A DNA stretch of 64,000 nucleotides, taken from Neodothiora populina. Lineage: Eukaryota. The notes beneath the pieces are model-generated. The model was given only the letters and a program-made list of their open reading frames with translations. It searched no databases and was not told where the DNA came from. Location of the stretch: contig NW_027191415.1 in NCBI RefSeq assembly GCF_041146345.1, positions 62,001 to 126,000 of the forward strand. The letters run 5' to 3'. Below are positions 58,340 to 64,000 of this stretch, one piece after another. Position numbers and translations under genes: made by a program. The first letter of the stretch is position 1. Each line of letters opens with the position of its first letter.

Positions 58340-61300
58340 GACTAACAACTCTCAGATCTGCAAATGTTCTGGCTTGGATAAGTGTATCCTCTGAATGTAA
58401 TGAGATGGTGAAGGGACGAGAACAACGCTTATCTTATAGCTTTCTAGAGACTGCTAGAAGAGAAAGGGAGGTTCAAAGGCTAGAAGGTTTGCACGTCGAG
58501 CGCTTGGTGGATGAGCCGGTAGATGGGCAAGAACACTCGACGACACTGTTAGAGGCACTACGGTAGGTATCAAAGTTTATTATTGTGCCCAAGGTCTTCT
58601 GCTGTGACGCAAGGCCGCGGGGCGGCGGGACAACGAAGAATTGCTCATGGATGATATCCCTTACTACACTTGTGGTAAGCAGTTACTGCATAGTGCGGCA
58701 GATCACCAGAGTAAGTGTACTACATTGGAGCAAGCAGCATCCACTTAGTCTCAGCTTGTCCCGCATGAGAACACTCCACGATTCTACAAGGCTCAAAGTG
58801 AAACAGTACGAGGACTGAGACCTGTTACGGATCACGCATCCAACCTAAAATACCAGAATAGCGAAATGGAGTGAGGGGGAGGGGTCGAACCTGAACGTGA
58901 AATTGGTAGTGCAAGGTAAAGTGACTGGACGGCCAAGCATATTCGTACATCTTTTATACCTTACCCTCCTTGGACTGACTTGATGATCTCATGGAGTTAC
59001 TGACATCGAGGAGATGCATCACGACTTTCTGTATGTCCACAACCAATCCTGGAAATTTGCAGAGTATTGCACGACCAAGAGCTTTGCAGCTGTATGGAAG
59101 GGCAAGCATATGAAGCAGTCCAACATGATAGTTACATCATTGCGTTAATAAGGTGTGTTTTTCCTTCCCTGCATCACATAAATCGGCACTTAAAACTGGC
59201 TAGCCATAGCTAGCCCCGGGAGGGTCCGCATATGGACAGGTTATTGTAGTTCGTCGGTTGGTAATGATTTGCCCGCTTCGTCCTGCCCACCTTGTCAGTT
59301 TTGACAGCAATCATCACCACCAGCTCGATGAACTTGGAGTTGTGCTCCACTTAAGGTTGCGGCCGACCAAAACTTTTCAGCGTCAAACTTTCACATTCCA
59401 GGCATTCAACGTTCATCCCGATAGTTTCAACAACGACTGCCCAAGCTCCCGTCACACGTCCACATTTCTGTTACATATTGCTTTCGAAATGCGAAGCAAA
59501 TGGCGCATAGGTAGCTGTACTGACCACAAAAGTCGCCGTCCTACGCTACAGACAAAAGGTCACGGTCAAATCTTGGGCGATATACGCAGACTCAGGTTTT
59601 GCTCCACCAAAGGAGTACAAGCAAAAGACCGCTACTGGTTTTGACAGAGCAGTAGAGCTATTGGTCCAGTCCCAACCCCACTGTGAACCAGCAGTTTGCG
59701 ACCGCAGTAGCACAGGCAGCATCGATGACCGGTCAGCATCTCTACTCCTCCTAAGCTAAGCAAGAAGTTGAAGTTACTTTGTGCGATCATCATGGACAAT
59801 GCGCAATCAGTCACTGCATATTCGCATTTGCGAGGATGGTGCTGTAACATCCTTATTGGTCGGTATACTTGCCTCCTGTCTCACCGACATCGTGGGAGCA
59901 GCAGACTAGTTGAGGAATTCTTTTTCCACCCGCGGAAGGATTGTGTCTCGGACCTCCTCTCGACTTCATACCAAAATGAGAAGCGATATTTGAAGCAGAT
60001 GATGGTGGTGACGATGTTATCTTGCTGCTCTGGACATCTTAGGAAAGCTACCACGTCGGAGACTTTCGACCAGTCTCCAAGGAGGCGAACCACCTGGTGT
60101 AGTGATGGCTGTAGCGACTCTCTCCATCGTAGATTCCAAGATAGATCGGCCTCTGAGATATGATTGATTCATCTGAGCCCTGTTCTCCCTGTTCCAGGAC
60201 AGCGAGTGCAATGTGCTCACTGTTTGACTAGCCTCGTATCATTACTCGCAGGCTATCTTCAAGTACTCTCGAGTAGTTCCTTCGATCTGAAATGTAAGAG
60301 AAACCGAGGCTTAGTGTCTAGGTATTCTGGGACGAGCGACTTCGCAATTTTGAATTGTCAACGCGCAAAGGACCTCTTAAGTATCAGAGTACATCTGAAG
60401 CCTATGCGGCAAGTATGTAAAATCGCATTGAGAACAGCACCTACATCGCGCTTCAGTAGTTCCTTTCGCTGCGTGCAAAGTGCTTCTCCTCGCTTAGCCA
60501 TTATATGCGCCATGTGGCGTGCCTTGACCAACACCTTGTTGTACGGAAATGCGCTATGGTATAACGACCATTCTGTTAGGTTGACCTACTCCATACTTTG
60601 TATACCTAAAAAGATCCGATGATACATTCTGCGATGATATGATGTAGGCCACCTCTTGGAGTACCCGCATGATATGAGTGCGCCCAAATTCCGCCTGCCC
60701 AGGAAGTTTACCCCGGAAGCCATGAACATCAGAACCACTACACTATTTTACTCGCCGCACGGGGTCCATGTGTTCTTATACATGCGAGTATCTACGAACA
60801 TTATGCTCGTTTATAATGTTCACGTGAAGTTCGAGCAATCAAACGTAGAAGGTGGCAAGAAGCGATACTCAAAGATCCAGACCTTCTGTCGTACAACTGA
60901 ATTCATGCATGATTGCAGTTGCGTGGGCGGTCTCATGGGAAACACATGCTGAACGAGTACGCAAGTATAGGCGAAACGCCTCTTTGAGAGATTTTTCCTA
61001 TGGTATGTATGGTCGAATACAGGGAAACTCCTTTCTACAGTTCCACTTCCCCCACCTAATCAATACTGCAGTGGTAACATTACATAGGCTATATTCCGAT
61101 ACAGCAGAAGAACGATCGCTCAGAGTTCTTGAAGCTCATGACACTGCATCCACAATTCTTGACCAAATGCCTCAGGGCTGCCGCTCTCTATTCAAGCCAA
61201 CTCTCACAGCCATCAGACCGGTCTAAAGAACCGAGGGTGCCTGCCAATATGATCGTGGCAGCCCAGGATCTATGCCAACGCAGATTCGTAATCTCATCCG

Positions 61301-63471
61301 CGGCGCATTTCTCGATACCTAACAATGACAAGCCTTGATGCCTGATGACCATCTTCGAATATTCAGGTATCTGCTATAAGTTTATCTGGATAGGAAATGT
61401 ACTTTTCTCCGTACAAATTTCGTACCAATCTAGTGTCATCAAGCATCCACAATAAGCATGAGGGGGTGTGCTGCTCCTTTATGGCCAGCCAGTACCGGAT
61501 ATGCATCAGTCATGGTATTGTTGTTTTTTCCCCTGCTGATGGCATGCCCATCATATGGACAGCCATCATCAAAAGCATTCAACGTAATGCTTGCAAACAT
61601 CTAAGTCTAAGCCCCGTACGATTGAGCTTCAAAGGGGTGAGGTCAAATTGGCGACAACATGATTGGTTCTATCCGAAGCGTCACTTTCCCAATTGGGCTC
61701 ACTCGAGCACAGGGCAACTTCCCCTCAAAAATATACTTCTGACGTTGGTTCCGCTTCTCTAGTTGCGCCCTACGTACCGTACCATACCACACTTTTATCT
61801 GCTCTGTTGACAGCGGTCCTGCATTCAAGCGTTGGAGCTTGTCAAGTCCCGCCGGATCTCAAAAATATGGTTTCAGTCTCTCCGCAGCTCACCATATGCA
61901 GGTCGAATGTCACGAATGAGTCAATTTTCATTCGTAGGATGACAAGCATCTTATTCGACCTCAGTCATAGAATTTGGTATGCCCGTCCCCGCCCATGATG
62001 TGAGTATGATCTCAAAGGAAGGGGTTTGTATTTTTCAATGTGTCATAATGATGCGCGAGTACTTTATGATCGAGGCGGTGTTGCCTTCGAGCAAGATTGA
62101 CAAAACGCAACGGTAATCCCTATCGTTATCCACACCTGCGAGAGATATCAGCCAGAGAACCTTGCTTCACATAGTTCTCATCTTCCTTCCACGCATCATA
62201 CCCCGCTTTGAAGTGAAGGCAGGAAACAGTGGTGCGGTGCTGTTCTTGATAGGTGCCCTCAGTCAACCATCCCCTCGAACCGTGTAGCCTAGCCCAGCGA
62301 TCCAGCAGTATGGGTTGAGGCCAAGTCGAGACGCGCATGCTTCCCTTTTCCTCAGTTGTCTCACTGCGCCCGTCTGGTTCAAATTACGTCTGTGTCTGCG
62401 CCCCTATCTGTACCCCTCGCCGCATACATGCGGGAGTCATCACACTACCGATAAGGTATCTATCTTACCCTGAGCTTACTGTATTAAGACAATGTACTCT
62501 GATTCGGCGGGAGATATTTCCTTTTTCCTTCTTTTTTCTTTTTCTTTTCACCGCAGACTCAGAACTTCAGCTCGCGCTTGGAACACTCCCTAGACGCATC
62601 CACTTCCATCACTGACTGTGCTGTGTAATCGTACGCTCTGAACCCACAGGGATGACAACACTTCACTATCAACTTGCTCTTCTCACCGCGAGAGACATAT
62701 CTCCACGACTTTCTTTCTCAGTCATGATTTATTGGCTATGAGACGCTTGAGGTCAATGGGGCCATACAAAATGGCGAGCAAGTTGAGTTTGTCGTCATAT
62801 TTCTTTCGCAGGAAGACTCGTACGAGTTCTCTGTCAGAAGAAGACAGACCATGATGCTGGATTTTATTGTTGAGCAAATATGGATTGTTGCTTCTCGATT
62901 CGTGTTCTCGTGAGTTGCTTTTTGAAAACTTCATCTCACTCACATTTTCCTTGTCGATCCACTCCGTAGAAATGAGACAGACGGAGTATGTAACCACTTA
63001 GCACAGAGCGTAAGGAACACATCCTTGCTCTCTTCTACCAATCATAACAGACTTCGACTCTGCTTCCTCCTCTTCTCCATCTTCACCATCTCAGCAGAAC
63101 CCTTGAAAGCAAGCACGCAGCAAATATCTGTGTTATTTCTGATTTGGAGTATTAGGTAGTAGATATGTACAACATGAACAGCTCGAAGAACAAAGGAAAA
63201 TATATGTATCTAAAGATGAGCGCTGGAGAACCTTTTATCATCGGGCCCGCGGAGGGGTCCCCAAAGTGGGTATAAATCGTTGGACGAAGGATGCCAGAGA
63301 GATTACCCTCCCGGAATCGGAATAAGTAGAGAAAGGAAAAGGAAAGACATGAGCCGCCCATTGAACCACCGCCACCACCGCTACCACCATACGCGTCTTT
63401 TTGTTTGCAGCAACAACATATGAATATTCTCAACTCTTCCCTCATCTTGCCCAGAAGATGATAGATCGACC

Positions 63472-63551
63472 TCATTGTCCACTCGAATCCTCAAATTTCG
63501 CACCGCTCGTGTTGTCAATTCGCTGCTGCTGATGCTGAGGCTGATGCTGCC

Positions 63552-63584
<33 letters not shown>

Positions 63585-63876
63585 TGTCCCCATGATCCAC
63601 AGCCAGATGATGATGTTGATGATGTTGACCAGTCTCGAAGTCCTCATATGGACGATCCTCTTCTTCGTCGAAATCGTACCCCTCCCCTGTCGCCCCCAAT
63701 GGATCTGGAGCATCTCGTTGATGAAGATTCCCACGCCCGTCGTCATTGGGATCCAAGTTTAGTTCGTCGGCTTTGGCTTGACACGCCGTGGCTGAGAATC
63801 CGTTGCCTACTTTGCTGGATATGATGCGCCAGCGATCGTTGTTGTAGTCGTGAATTGCTGTTTGTAGTCTCTGGAT
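63472..63876 (-). CDS. Last exon of a Myb/SANT-like, poly-Gln protein; upstream exons lie beyond the window end
   Basis: Branch CACTGAC and acceptor CAG (63879-63877), then open frame IQRLQTAIHDYNNDRWRIISSKVGNGFSATACQAKADEL...QQQQQQQQQQ...SGQ-stop. The W..I...VG......C pattern matches Myb helices 2-3. Confidence 0.7.
63552..63584. repeat. (GCTGTT)5 hexanucleotide repeat encoding poly-Gln
   Basis: Directly visible; alternating CAA/CAG codons on the - strand. Confidence 0.9.
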
Positions 63877-64000
63877 CTGTGGTTGCGGGAAAGACCGTCG
63901 TGTCAGTGATGGGTTCGAGTCAATTACTATGGATGAACAACACTTGTTCGCGGATCATGTATGTTGGTGGAGGATTTTGTGCTCTATCTTTGTTTTTCGG

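Noticed and set aside
58870..58895. B-box-like GGTTCGACCC on the - strand
   Set aside because: Isolated motif with no T-arm stem or acceptor stem.
63381..63500. Apparent frameshift joining the poly-Gln ORF to the overlapping VDNEVDLSSSGQDEGR frame
   Set aside because: The poly-Gln frame is fully explained as a terminal exon with its own stop at 63472-63474; nothing supports the second frame.

Overview
Eukaryotic genomic DNA from a filamentous ascomycete (Pezizomycotina; short GT-AG introns with CTRAY branch points). I can support about 21 protein-coding genes, mostly reconstructed across introns by hand with reading frames checked, plus one intron-containing tRNA-Ser(CGA) and a few microsatellites. 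No transposon, rRNA or CRISPR is recognisable. Most of the window is housekeeping or cell-wall genes: MTC1, Srk1/Rck2 kinase, PheRS alpha, TIM50, DUF3405, an AA11 LPMO, MHF1/CENP-S (missed by the ORF track), a Gag1-like protein, a GPI protein, Exg1, a hybrid histidine kinase and a Dal5-like MFS transporter. The standout is a compact four-gene block at 29977-36338, built as two divergent pairs: a GAR1-like aldo-keto reductase with myo-inositol oxygenase, and a Zn/NAD polyol dehydrogenase with a KduD-like SDR. It reads as a myo-inositol to D-glucuronate to L-gulonate to hexonate C5-epimerisation catabolic cluster, with candidate shared promoter motifs and a long, highly structured intron in the reductase gene. 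The right end holds three co-oriented genes with Myb/SANT-like domains. All family assignments come from motif recognition, not database searches.
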